A stretch of DNA of 51,038 nt from an uncultured Bacilli bacterium (GTDB lineage Bacteria; Bacillota_I; Bacilli_A; RF39; UBA660). Where the stretch lies: NCBI GenBank assembly GCA_944372215.1, contig CALVYL010000002.1, forward strand, positions 1 through 51,038, given 5' to 3'. The notes under the pieces were generated by a model. The model was not told the origin of the DNA, did not search any database, and worked only from the letters and a program-made list of their open reading frames with translations. Positions 26,697 to 36,259 of this stretch are shown piece by piece (position 1 is the stretch's first letter; each line of letters opens with the position of its first letter). Position numbers and translations under genes: made by a program.

Positions 26697-27113
26697 CTAC
26701 AATCGCACTAATTCCTCTAACCAGAAATAATCTTTATTTTCAAAATCACAAGCAAATAATTCATTTAATGGTAAAAATTTTCTTATATTTTTATTAATTA
26801 TATTAGTTTTTAATAAAATATGTGAATTTCTAACCAAAATATTTGTCTCTTCTTTTCGATATTTATTAACTATTTTATGATTATCCCCAATTTTCATATA
26901 AAAATCATTATCCTTATTTTTATCGTATATTAACCGATTGTATTTAAGTTTATCTATTGGTACTATTAAATCATCTAATAAATCTTTACCATAACCGATA
27001 TTGGCCCGATCTAATAAATAGATTCCCTCCAAAGATTTAAATAAATTATAAGGAGATTCCTTCATTAATAAAGACATTTCCCGATTAATTCTAAAAATAT
27101 AAAAAGTCCGCAT
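26697..27113 (-). CDS. SirA (YneE)-like protein, possible sporulation inhibitor of replication
   Basis: Position between tkt and yneF as in B. subtilis. N-terminus MRTFYIFRINRE compares with B. subtilis MERHYYTYLIKEE, and C-terminal ...LFACDFENKDYFWL with ...FLAMDFNSKRYGWL. Start set to ATG 27113 (GGGTGAT SD). Confidence 0.4.
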   Translation of the reverse strand: MRTFYIFRINREMSLLMKESPYNLFKSLEGIYLLDRANIGYGKDLLDDLIVPIDKLKYNRLIYDKNKDNDFYMKIGDNHKIVNKYRKEETNILVRNSHILLKTNIINKNIRKFLPLNELFACDFENKDYFWLEELVRL

Positions 27114-27149
27114 TATTATCACCCACAAAGATAATAACATAACGGACTT
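27095..27149 (-). terminator. Two-tier hairpin after tkt that also covers the SD and start of the sirA-like gene
   Basis: Outer 7-bp stem AAGTCCG (27104-27110) pairing with CGGACTT (27143-27149). Inner 8-bp stem 27113-27120 pairing with 27130-27137. T-rich run follows on the minus strand. Confidence 0.5.
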
Positions 27150-27159
27150 AAAAAATTTG

Positions 27160-29163
27160 TTAGATTATGTCGATATTAACATCTTTTGTTAAATAATTGG
27201 CAATACTAGCTAAAATAGTATTTTTATCAAATTTTAAATATTTTGCTACATCCTCTGGTTTACCACTCATTCCAAAACGATTTATACCGTAAATATATTC
27301 TGGTTTACTCGCAAAACGATTCCAAATTAATGATGAACCCGCTTCAATTACAAAGGTTGGAATATCTTTTGGTAATAATTGTTCTTCATATTTAGGATTT
27401 TGCTTTAAGAAAAGTTCCATCGAAGGCATAGATACTACTCTAGTATCAATTCCCATTGTAAACAATTCCTTAGAAATATCTAGGGCCATTTCAACCTCAC
27501 TGCCAGTGGCAATAATTATACCATCTAAACGATACTTTTCTTTTCTAATCATGTATGCTCCATATTTAACAAATTTAGCATTAGTGTTTTTTAATTTATT
27601 TCTTTTTTCTTTACTAATTACTAAAGCCGTCGGACAATTATTCTTTAAAATATATTCCCATGAGCCCATAATTTCATTGATATCAGCTGGTCTAAAGGTA
27701 ATAAAATTAGGTGTTGCTCTTAGCATCGTTAGTTGTTCAATTGGTTCATGAGTTGGACCATCTTCTCCAACATAAACCGAATCATGAGTATAAATATAAG
27801 TCACTGGCAAATTCATGAGCGCCGACATGCGAATCGCTGGTTTTTGATAATCACTAAAACTTAAGAAAGTAGAACCGTAAACTTTTAAATTAGATAAAGC
27901 TAGACCATTAAGTATGGCTCCCATAGCATGTTCCCTAACGCCAAAATAAATATTTTTACCAACTGGATTATCCGGACTTTGAATAGTTGATTTATCTAAA
28001 TTCGTCTTACACGAAGAAGATAAATCAGCAGAGCCCCCAAGAAAAAATGGGCTTTTCGGCGATATAAAGTTCATTATTTTATGATTACTTTCTCTAAGTT
28101 CTTCACAATATTCATCACTTATTTTAAATTTAGTATCATCAAAATCAATAACAAAGGCATTTCTTTCTAATAAATTAAATAAGGAATTCAAACCATAATT
28201 ATTAGTTTCCTTAATATCACTATATTCTTCTTCCCAATTCTTAAAAATAGCTTCCATTCTTTTATTAATATTATTTAATATATGATCCCTATATTTTTTA
28301 TCAACTGTAAATGGTTCACTTTCTATTTTATACTTTGTTTTAATATTACTTAAATCTTCTTGAGTTAATGGTTTGCCATGAACCTTATTAGTTCCTTCAT
28401 TGATGGAATCCTTACCAATTATGGTATGACAAATAATTATAGTAGGTCTATCACTTTTTTTAGCTTGTTTAATAGCTTTTGATACCTCGCTATAATCATT
28501 AGCATTTTTCACCTCTAATATATCAAAATCTAAAGCTTCAAAACGAATAGCTATATCTTCGGTAAAAGTAATATCGGTATCACTATCTAAACTAACATGA
28601 TTTGCATCATATAAAATAATTAATTTATTTAAATTTTGGGTACTAGCAAAAGATAATGCTTCATAACTTACCCCTTCCATTAAATCGCCATCACCACAAA
28701 AACAATAAGTATAATAATCAATTAATTTCGTATTCTTTTTTTCAATATTAGCAATAGCATTCAAATATCTCTCAGCTAGAGCCATCCCCACAGCAATACC
28801 AATACCTTGACCTAAGGGACCAGTTGTAGCATCAACTCCCGGAGTAACTCTATATTCGGGATGACCAGGAGTAAGAGAATTAAGTGACCTAAATTGTTTT
28901 AACTCCTCCATATCAATATCAAATCCTGCGTGATAAAGCATGGAATAAAGTAAAGCTGAACCATGTCCTGATGACATAACAAACCGATCTCTATTTACCC
29001 AATCAGGCTTACTAGGAATAACATTTAAATGATCCTTATATAAGGCATAAAGTATCGGTGCGGCACCTAAAACTATCCCCGGATGACCACTCCCCGCTTT
29101 ATTAATCATATCTAATGCTAGCATTTTGATACTATTAATAGCTTCATTATCAATTTTACTCAT
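27160..29163 (-). CDS. tkt: Transketolase
   Basis: 667 aa. GSGHPG, GDGDLMEG (ThDP motif) and FGVREHAMG. Confidence 0.95.
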   Translation of the reverse strand: MSKIDNEAINSIKMLALDMINKAGSGHPGIVLGAAPILYALYKDHLNVIPSKPDWVNRDRFVMSSGHGSALLYSMLYHAGFDIDMEELKQFRSLNSLTPGHPEYRVTPGVDATTGPLGQGIGIAVGMALAERYLNAIANIEKKNTKLIDYYTYCFCGDGDLMEGVSYEALSFASTQNLNKLIILYDANHVSLDSDTDITFTEDIAIRFEALDFDILEVKNANDYSEVSKAIKQAKKSDRPTIIICHTIIGKDSINEGTNKVHGKPLTQEDLSNIKTKYKIESEPFTVDKKYRDHILNNINKRMEAIFKNWEEEYSDIKETNNYGLNSLFNLLERNAFVIDFDDTKFKISDEYCEELRESNHKIMNFISPKSPFFLGGSADLSSSCKTNLDKSTIQSPDNPVGKNIYFGVREHAMGAILNGLALSNLKVYGSTFLSFSDYQKPAIRMSALMNLPVTYIYTHDSVYVGEDGPTHEPIEQLTMLRATPNFITFRPADINEIMGSWEYILKNNCPTALVISKEKRNKLKNTNAKFVKYGAYMIRKEKYRLDGIIIATGSEVEMALDISKELFTMGIDTRVVSMPSMELFLKQNPKYEEQLLPKDIPTFVIEAGSSLIWNRFASKPEYIYGINRFGMSGKPEDVAKYLKFDKNTILASIANYLTKDVNIDII

Positions 29164-29212
29164 ATCTTCACATCCTCGTATTTTAATAATAACATAAATA
29201 GCCTAAAAAATA

Positions 29213-29239
29213 AATAAAAAAAAGACTCAGTAGAGTCTT
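29213..29239 (-). terminator. Rho-independent terminator after the HD-domain gene
   Basis: AAGACTC-AGTA-GAGTCTT hairpin (29222-29239) followed by a T9 run on the minus strand. Confidence 0.7.
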
Positions 29240-29726
29240 ATCTTTGAATAAAGCACAAATTAAAAATAAATATCAATGTTGCTCCGACTTTAATTGGTGC
29301 TTTAAATTTAGCACATTCATATAAAGCTACAAATTTATCAGCACTACTCACAACCCAACTACCAATATTGGTAGGCATTACCTTACTCATTGGAAACATA
29401 TGCGCTGCTATTATATTTTCTTGTTTTGGAGTCAAATTAAAATTTTCTTGAGCATTTTTTAAAGCTTTACCAGGATGATTTAAAAAAGCCTTATCAGCAA
29501 CCTCATCATTTTTGAAAAAATCATGTAATAAGGCCGCTCTGGTTATTTCTTCATAATTTTTAATTTTTAATTTTTTACATGTTTGATAAGTAACTTTAGC
29601 AACATTCAAAGAATGATCCAGCCTAGAAATACCATGATGTATTTCATATTTTAAAGCAATAAATTCTTTATTTTTCAAAATATCATTAACTATATTATTA
29701 AATTCTATTTCTTTTTTTAATGTCAT
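29238..29726 (-). CDS. HD-domain phosphohydrolase
   Basis: H...HD pattern (HHGISRLDHSLNVA, ALLHDFFK). 162 aa. Confidence 0.65.
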   Translation of the reverse strand: MTLKKEIEFNNIVNDILKNKEFIALKYEIHHGISRLDHSLNVAKVTYQTCKKLKIKNYEEITRAALLHDFFKNDEVADKAFLNHPGKALKNAQENFNLTPKQENIIAAHMFPMSKVMPTNIGSWVVSSADKFVALYECAKFKAPIKVGATLIFIFNLCFIQR

Positions 29727-29774
29727 TTCAACCTCACGTTTATTAATTATATCACTTTTAGGTCACTTTTTGAA

Positions 29775-30311
29775 CTACTTTTGACTACTTTTTTTATAAT
29801 CCGTCAAATTTATACCATTTTCCTCTAAAATTTTGGCAATAATTCTTTGATTTTTAGCTATTTCTAACATTTGTTCATGTAATACCTCTAAAATAAGTTC
29901 ACTTTTTAAATCAATTCGATAATCATTTTTACTCCGCAAACTCTCTTTTTTAGCTTCCCTGTTTTGACTCATCATAATAATTGGGGCTTGCAAAGCAGCA
30001 ATACAAGAAAGAACTAAATTAAGTAATATAAAAGGATAAGGATCAAAACCTGGTATATATTCATTTAAAAACATCCAAAAAAATAAAAAAAGAACAAAAG
30101 AAATAATAAAAGGCCATGAACCAATCATGGCGGTAACCACATCAGCTAGCTTATCCCCCAAAGTTTTCTTTTCCTCTTCTACTTTGTCGGTATCAATTGC
30201 TAAAGGTTCATCAATTAGCATTTCTATTAATTCTGACTCATCATCTGTTTTCAAATCTTCATTTAACAATTGTTTAACTATTTGTTTTTTGCGATATTTA
30301 TTATCATCCAC
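29775..30311 (-). CDS. DUF1003 family membrane protein
   Basis: GSWPFIISFVLFLFFWMFLN...DPYPFILLNLVLSCIAALQAPIIMMSQNR is the DUF1003 signature. Confidence 0.7.
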   Translation of the reverse strand: MDDNKYRKKQIVKQLLNEDLKTDDESELIEMLIDEPLAIDTDKVEEEKKTLGDKLADVVTAMIGSWPFIISFVLFLFFWMFLNEYIPGFDPYPFILLNLVLSCIAALQAPIIMMSQNREAKKESLRSKNDYRIDLKSELILEVLHEQMLEIAKNQRIIAKILEENGINLTDYKKSSQK

Positions 30312-30973
30312 TAAGATTCCTCCGCATTCAAATTAAAGCGATAATGTCCAACTATCTTTTTTCTAGTCAAACCATCTTCTTCATAATTATGATGCCCATC
30401 ATGATGAATTATATAACTAATTCCCTCACTATTTCTTTTATCGCTTACAATTCCAATGTGGTCTTCATATACAACAATATCTCCGCCTTGCCAATTAGTA
30501 TAATCATTAGCATCCAAAGTTAAACTCTCCGTATATTTTTCTAAAAACACTCGAATATTACGAACTCTTCGAAAATCAATATTAGAATCAATTATGTCAA
30601 TATCATAATCACTTTGATTTTCTTGAATATCTTCATCTAGCATTTCTTTAAAGTTATATCCGGCCTCATCTAGGGCATACCAAATTAAATCAGTACACAC
30701 ATAATATCCATCATCAGGATATCCTCCCGTATAGTAGTTACTTTTATATTTTGGTTTCATTGCTACAAACTCTTTAGCCCCATTTAAAATATCTGTATAA
30801 TCATCTACTCCATCATTATCATAATCAACTAAACTTTCTTGAAAATCTATTGTAAAATCTTCATCACCATAAGATATTTTAGGTAAATATCCAAATTCAT
30901 CTAAAGCAATAATTACTAATAACAAAACTAAAAAAAGGACTAATATATGACCAAATCTTAAGAAATTTTTCAT
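30311..30973 (-). CDS. DUF1287 family protein (anchored; papain/NlpC-P60-like Cys/His arrangement)
   Basis: YYTGGYPDDGYYVCTDLIWYAL ... GDIVVYEDHIGIVSD ... YIIHH. N-terminal TM or signal. Confidence 0.6.
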   Translation of the reverse strand: MKNFLRFGHILVLFLVLLLVIIALDEFGYLPKISYGDEDFTIDFQESLVDYDNDGVDDYTDILNGAKEFVAMKPKYKSNYYTGGYPDDGYYVCTDLIWYALDEAGYNFKEMLDEDIQENQSDYDIDIIDSNIDFRRVRNIRVFLEKYTESLTLDANDYTNWQGGDIVVYEDHIGIVSDKRNSEGISYIIHHDGHHNYEEDGLTRKKIVGHYRFNLNAEES

Positions 30974-31785
30974 TCGTTCTCCTTAATCCGCAGGATAAAT
31001 TTAGAGGCTATACTATCTTTATCACGATCTTTAACATAGAAGAAACCAATAACGCAATAAATTAAAGCTCCAATAAAGTTAACCGCCAAATCTCCCATAG
31101 TATCAATTAAACCAATATCTAAATACCCATCATTAATTACATAAGTAGTACCATCTTGAGTTGTTATTTGGGTTTCTGTAATATCATCAACATGGACTGC
31201 CACATTTTCGCCGGATTCATTTAAAGCAACCGAAGAAATGTTTTCAACTATTGTATCTTTTTGCATATCTGAATGTAAATATACATCACTACCATATTCT
31301 AAGAATTCCCACAACACGCCAATAGTCATCGAAAAACAAAAGCCCACAAATGCTACAAAAAATGGTGATAAATCCAAATGAAATTTTTCTGTTCTATTTA
31401 ATATATCGATTAACGAAAAACCAATCGCTGCACATAAAAAGCCATTAATTGTATGTAATATGGTATCCCAATGCGAAAATATATTAAAGAAATTTTGGGC
31501 TTCTCCTAACATTTCGGCCGCAAATATAAACAAAAATATTACAATTTCTAATGTCTCCGGCATTTCCACATTAAATTTCTTTTCCACAAAACCCGGTATT
31601 AAAAATAAAATTAAAGTTAAAATACAAAAGAAAGCGTTTTCATAATTACCTCTTATTAACTGTAAAATTAAAGTTATTAAAATAAATGTCCGTAATACCA
31701 CATAAACAATAAAAGCTTTTTTATGCTTTTTTGCTTCATTTATTATTTCCTTTTTTAAATTTCTTTTTTTCCTTTTTTTCATCAT
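30970..31785 (-). CDS. Polytopic membrane protein of unknown function
   Basis: Basic N-terminus, about 6 TM segments, and a conserved-looking HWDTILHTINGF motif. 4-nt overlap with the downstream DUF1287 gene. Confidence 0.55.
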   Translation of the reverse strand: MMKKRKKRNLKKEIINEAKKHKKAFIVYVVLRTFILITLILQLIRGNYENAFFCILTLILFLIPGFVEKKFNVEMPETLEIVIFLFIFAAEMLGEAQNFFNIFSHWDTILHTINGFLCAAIGFSLIDILNRTEKFHLDLSPFFVAFVGFCFSMTIGVLWEFLEYGSDVYLHSDMQKDTIVENISSVALNESGENVAVHVDDITETQITTQDGTTYVINDGYLDIGLIDTMGDLAVNFIGALIYCVIGFFYVKDRDKDSIASKFILRIKENE

Positions 31786-31839
31786 ACATCATCCATAACT
31801 AGTATAACACATTAACAATTCTAACACAAATTATATAAC

Positions 31840-31861
31840 AAAAAAAGTCCGTATCGGACTT
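31840..31861 (-). terminator. Rho-independent terminator after tRNA-Pro
   Basis: AAGTCCG-ATA-CGGACTT hairpin (31845-31861) followed by T7 on the minus strand. Confidence 0.75.
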
Positions 31862-31872
31862 AAATTGCAAAA

Positions 31873-31949
31873 TGGTCGAGAAGACAGGATTTGAACCTGC
31901 AACCTCTTGGTCCCAAACCAAGCGCACTACCAAATTGTGCTACTTCTCG
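31873..31949 (-). tRNA. tRNA-Pro (anticodon TGG)
   Basis: Hand fold. Acceptor CGAGAAG/CTTCTCG, anticodon stem CTTGG/CCAAG with loop TT-TGG-GA, T loop TTCAAAT. CCA is encoded. Confidence 0.9.
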
Positions 31950-31961
31950 TTTCCTAAAAAT

Positions 31962-32038
31962 TGGTACGCCCAAAGGGATTCGAACCCCTAACCCCTAGAT
32001 CCGTAGTCTAGTGCTCTATCCAATTGAGCCATGGGCGC
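31962..32038 (-). tRNA. tRNA-Arg (anticodon ACG)
   Basis: Hand fold. Acceptor GCGCCCA/TGGGCGT, D stem GCTC/GAGC, anticodon stem CTAGA/TCTAG with loop CT-ACG-GA, T loop TTCGAAT. CCA is encoded. Confidence 0.9.
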
Positions 32039-32065
32039 AAAAAATAAATTTCTTGATGCATTATC

Positions 32066-32094
32066 ATTATATTACACAACTGAACAAATGTCAA
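32066..32094 (-). promoter_or_regulatory. Consensus sigma-A promoter of the tRNA-Arg/tRNA-Pro pair
   Basis: Minus strand TTGACA (32089-32094), exactly 17 nt, TATAAT (32066-32071), 27 nt upstream of tRNA-Arg. Confidence 0.75.
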
Positions 32095-32157
32095 CCAAAT
32101 TTTGACTATCATTGCATCACTATCAGCAATTTTTGTTTCATAAAATATTACAAAATT

Positions 32158-32185
32158 AAAAAATGCAATATTATTTGCATTTTTT
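32158..32185 (-). terminator. Rho-independent terminator after the CPBP protease gene
   Basis: AAAAAATGCAA (32158-32168) pairing with TTGCATTTTTT (32175-32185), with a 6-nt loop. Confidence 0.7.
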
Positions 32186-33548
32186 AATTTATAACCATTA
32201 CTTCATTATCTTTAATTATGAAATAATCATTAATATCGCTTTTTAATAATGGATATAATCCCTCATTATATTCTAAATAACCAATTTCTAATATATCTGG
32301 GGTATCAAAACTAACAAAACTATTTTTTATATCTTCTAAATATTTTCCATCATCACTTAAATTATTGATACTCATATAATTACTTAAATATACTTTATCT
32401 AAAGAATTAATTAAAATTACATAATTGGAATCATCTTCATAAACAATAAAACTATAAACATTATCTATATCAAATAAAATATTATCCCCTGTTTTTAAAT
32501 TAGTCATATTAAGTTTATTATCTTCAATAAATAACCTATAATTATAAATATAGTTATTTTGATCAACATAGCTTATTAAAAATTCATCTTCAATATAAAA
32601 TGTTTTTTTACCTTCAGCAATTTTTATCTCTGCAAATTCAAAGCACACTTGCCGCGAGATTAATTCATCACTTGGTGATATATATGAGGTTACAAATAAA
32701 GCTACAATTGCTACAATTATTATTTGGGTTACTTTCCTTTTGGTTTCTAAATTGTTTTTAATATTTAAATAACTATAAGCAATATAGATTATTGCAAATA
32801 ATAAAGAAATAACTAAAGTAATAATATTGGCAATTAAAGATACATCAGGATTATTAATACAATCTTTATAACTATTTACCTCACCAAGTAATACAGAAAA
32901 GTCATAAAAGGAATGTAAAAACACTAAACTCCATATATTTTTAGAAGCATGATAGGCTGAACAAAATAAAATACCTATGGCAGATGTTTGAATTACTTGG
33001 GCTATAGTTGTCAAAATGTCTTGTCCTGACAAAGCATTTATCAAATGAAACAAACCAAAGAGTAATCCACTAACTAAAATGATTATAATTGCCCCTTTTG
33101 GTGTACTACCATATTTATTCATTATTTCATTTTGCAGCCATCCCCGAAATATAAATTCTTCCGCTATTCCAATAGCAATACTTACTAATACTAAACTGAT
33201 AAAATTAGGTATATCCAAGTGTCCATTTACTATAATTTCTCCGCCATTTACGAGCAACATGATTATAGCAATTACTAGTATTGGCATCCCTCGTTTTATA
33301 CCTATTAAAAAGTTTTCTTTATGTTTATTAATCTGTGGCCATAATTTTCTAATCGTAATAACTATTACCGCAAATAATATAACAACAATTTCAGAAATTA
33401 ACATGGAGTTATATTTACCATAAAATATAGCATTATATAAAATTGAACCAACAATTCCTCCATAAACTGTATACAATCCTAGTAAAAGTATAAAAACAAT
33501 TATAATAATTCCAATCAATTTTAATAAATCTCGATTATTTTTTAACAT
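32184..33548 (-). CDS. CPBP-family intramembrane glutamic endopeptidase (CAAX protease/Abi-like) with ~170-aa C-terminal extension
   Basis: EEFIFRGW, FGLFH and HSFYD motifs in a polytopic N-terminal half. Soluble C-terminal domain of unknown family. TAATG overlap with yebC. Confidence 0.75.
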   Translation of the reverse strand: MLKNNRDLLKLIGIIIIVFILLLGLYTVYGGIVGSILYNAIFYGKYNSMLISEIVVILFAVIVITIRKLWPQINKHKENFLIGIKRGMPILVIAIIMLLVNGGEIIVNGHLDIPNFISLVLVSIAIGIAEEFIFRGWLQNEIMNKYGSTPKGAIIIILVSGLLFGLFHLINALSGQDILTTIAQVIQTSAIGILFCSAYHASKNIWSLVFLHSFYDFSVLLGEVNSYKDCINNPDVSLIANIITLVISLLFAIIYIAYSYLNIKNNLETKRKVTQIIIVAIVALFVTSYISPSDELISRQVCFEFAEIKIAEGKKTFYIEDEFLISYVDQNNYIYNYRLFIEDNKLNMTNLKTGDNILFDIDNVYSFIVYEDDSNYVILINSLDKVYLSNYMSINNLSDDGKYLEDIKNSFVSFDTPDILEIGYLEYNEGLYPLLKSDINDYFIIKDNEVMVIN

Positions 33549-34267
33549 TAATATCCCTCAACATTAGTATAGATTTCTGAAACATCATCAATAGCATCGA
33601 GTAAATTATAAAGACGTTCAAATATTTCTAAATCTTCACCTTCTAAAGTAATTTTTTCTTTAGCATACATACCTACCTCATCGAGATCATACTCAATATT
33701 GGGTATTAATTTTTCTAATTCATCTTTTACTTTATTTATATCCCCTGGATTTACCGAAATAGTTATTTCCCCATTCTCATCTTCAATATCATTTATTTCT
33801 ATACCAGCAGTTAAAAGAACATCAAAAATCTCTTCTGGATTATCATATTTAAAAGATAATACTCCTAAATGTTCATAATTATAACTAACTGAATTTGTCA
33901 CTCCTAGACTTTTATTTACTTTATTAAAAGCCGCTCTGACCATACCAACAGTTCTATTAACATTATCTGTTAAACATTTAATGATTAAAGTTGATGCACC
34001 CGGGCCAAAACCTTCATAAACAACCTCATGATAATCTTCTCCTCCAACACCTTTAGCTTTTTCAATAGCTCGATTGATTATATCACTTGGAACTTGGGCT
34101 TTTTTAGCTTTATCCACCAATCTTTTTAAATTAATGTTAGCTTCAACATCAGGACTCCCCTTTTTAGCTGCCAAATATATTTCTTTGGCAAAAGTAGTAT
34201 AAACTTTACCTTTAGCAGCTCCTGTTTTTTGAATACTGGCCTTTCTTACCTCATAAGCTCTTCCCAT
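33548..34267 (-). CDS. YebC/PmpR family DNA-binding transcriptional regulator
   Basis: MGRAYEVRKASIQKTGAAKGKVYT..., 239 aa, canonical YebC family. Confidence 0.9.
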   Translation of the reverse strand: MGRAYEVRKASIQKTGAAKGKVYTTFAKEIYLAAKKGSPDVEANINLKRLVDKAKKAQVPSDIINRAIEKAKGVGGEDYHEVVYEGFGPGASTLIIKCLTDNVNRTVGMVRAAFNKVNKSLGVTNSVSYNYEHLGVLSFKYDNPEEIFDVLLTAGIEINDIEDENGEITISVNPGDINKVKDELEKLIPNIEYDLDEVGMYAKEKITLEGEDLEIFERLYNLLDAIDDVSEIYTNVEGY

Positions 34268-34287
34268 AATTAAACATCTCCTTTATA

Positions 34288-35334
34288 TTATATTACAAAT
34301 TGCAATTTTGCAACAAAACTATATACCCCATATCTTTTATCTATCTTTTTTATTTTCTTAATTACTTTTAAAGGACTATATACATCATAATAACTAAAAT
34401 TTTCTTTAGTCATTATATATTCTAAAGCTTTTAATACTAACTTTTTTTCATTAGTAGTTCTAAATAGTTTATGCATTTCTTTTAATTTCTTTTTGCTTAC
34501 TTTTCTTAATAAAAATCGATAATAGTTATTACTTTTATGTTTAAATATATACTTATATCCATCATAATTTTTAACTATTTTTAATGTATCATAATATCCC
34601 ATCAAAATGTTTTCTCTTACTCTTTTTTCATTTATATTAATAATACTCCCTAATTTCCTGGATGGCTTTATTACAATTATCTTATCTTTATCCTTATATT
34701 TTCTGCGATAACCAATCGCTTCTAAATCTACTACATATACTTTATCATAGCCGCGATCAATTAGAGCATTGGCGGGAGCATAATCATAAAATCCGCCATC
34801 TAAATAATAATTATCATCAATTATTTTCTCCAATTTAAAAATTGGCAAATAACAACTAGCCATTAAATAATCTGTAAGTTTTCCCCTTTTTATATCTTCT
34901 TTAAATACATACATTGGTTTAAAATCTTTTACTCTTACTGTAACTAAGCCAAAATCTTTATTACTTTTAAACAAAGAATCTTCTATCTTAAGTTGATCGA
35001 CCGTCTTTTTTAAATTATCGGTGCTTATTCCTTTATTTTTAATGAACTTTATTATATCGTTATAACTAGCCTTAATTATTTTCCAATCGAATTTATCGCT
35101 ATTAGCCAGTTTGATTAGTTCATCACTAAATCCAAAGACTTTACCTATTTCTGTTGTTCTCCAAAAATTAAGTAATTCTTTTTCTCGACCAGAGGCCAGC
35201 ATCGCCGCATTAAAAGCCCCGATTGAAGATCCCGTAAAACCAGCAATTTTAATATGACTTTTCTTAAGAGCCATATATACTCCCACTTGATATGAGCCGC
35301 GGACTCCTCCCCCACCTAGAGCTAAACCAATCAT
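34288..35334 (-). CDS. Patatin-like phospholipase
   Basis: GGGGVRG oxyanion motif, GSSIGA nucleophile elbow and DGG(F) Asp motif. 348 aa. Confidence 0.8.
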   Translation of the reverse strand: MIGLALGGGGVRGSYQVGVYMALKKSHIKIAGFTGSSIGAFNAAMLASGREKELLNFWRTTEIGKVFGFSDELIKLANSDKFDWKIIKASYNDIIKFIKNKGISTDNLKKTVDQLKIEDSLFKSNKDFGLVTVRVKDFKPMYVFKEDIKRGKLTDYLMASCYLPIFKLEKIIDDNYYLDGGFYDYAPANALIDRGYDKVYVVDLEAIGYRRKYKDKDKIIVIKPSRKLGSIININEKRVRENILMGYYDTLKIVKNYDGYKYIFKHKSNNYYRFLLRKVSKKKLKEMHKLFRTTNEKKLVLKALEYIMTKENFSYYDVYSPLKVIKKIKKIDKRYGVYSFVAKLQFVI

Positions 35335-36248
35335 GATTTATCCTTAATAAATATTTTAGCTAAAAATTTAGATACTTTTCTCTTCCTAGAACTCAATTTT
35401 AATTTTCTAAAATATTCATTTATTGAACAACTACGATAATTAATAATATTTTCTAAATCATCTTTATCTTTACAAACCGGACTATAATAATTTTTTTCTA
35501 AAAATAATCTACTTAAGACAAATTTAAATGTCAAACCAATGGATAATACTTGTTTATTTAATAAATCTTTATATAAAATACTTTCACTAGCACATACATT
35601 AAAAATTTTTTTGTTTAATTCATCACTATATTTTATCCCCTTAACAAAGGCATATGCACAATCTTCTTTAGTAATATAATCAACTACATCTTTCTTCTTA
35701 ACATGATACATAAATGGTTCACATAAAGGATTACTTAACACTAAAGGAATACGATAAATTGTATATCTTTTTAATTTTTCTTTTATTAACATTTCTGTAT
35801 CATACTTAGCTTTTTCAAAATAATCATGTTCATCTAAAACAATCTTAGATTTTACGGTAGGATTTTCTAGTTCTTTATACATACTAGTAGTTGATGCATA
35901 AAACAAATGGCATTTAGGATTAAAATAACTTATGGCTCTAATGATGTTTTCACAGCCATTATAATCGATTATTGTCGCTAAGCCTTTTTTCATATTAGAT
36001 AATGGAGGTAAAGCCGATGCTAAATGAATAATCACATCTTGATCTTTTACTAAAGCATCAACTAATACTTGATCATTGACATCCCCATATAATATATTTA
36101 TTCTTTTTTTATATTTTTTTAATCTTTTAATAACATTTTTGTTTCTAAGATCAAGTGCTGTTATTTCATATTTTCCTTCCGCCAGTAAATATTTAATTAC
36201 TTGGATACCTATACTACCGGCAGCACCTGTAACTAAAACTTTCTTCAT
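35331..36248 (-). CDS. NAD(P)-dependent epimerase/dehydratase-family (extended SDR) protein
   Basis: VLVTGAAGSIG Rossmann motif. ATG at 36248 follows AAGGATG SD. 4-nt overlap with the patatin gene. Confidence 0.7.
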   Translation of the reverse strand: MKKVLVTGAAGSIGIQVIKYLLAEGKYEITALDLRNKNVIKRLKKYKKRINILYGDVNDQVLVDALVKDQDVIIHLASALPPLSNMKKGLATIIDYNGCENIIRAISYFNPKCHLFYASTTSMYKELENPTVKSKIVLDEHDYFEKAKYDTEMLIKEKLKRYTIYRIPLVLSNPLCEPFMYHVKKKDVVDYITKEDCAYAFVKGIKYSDELNKKIFNVCASESILYKDLLNKQVLSIGLTFKFVLSRLFLEKNYYSPVCKDKDDLENIINYRSCSINEYFRKLKLSSRKRKVSKFLAKIFIKDKS

Positions 36249-36259
36249 AAAACACATCC

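Noticed and set aside
33079-33423. 114-aa plus-strand ORF antisense to the CPBP protease gene
   Set aside because: It is a shadow ORF opposite a polytopic membrane protein gene. It has no SD and no motif.
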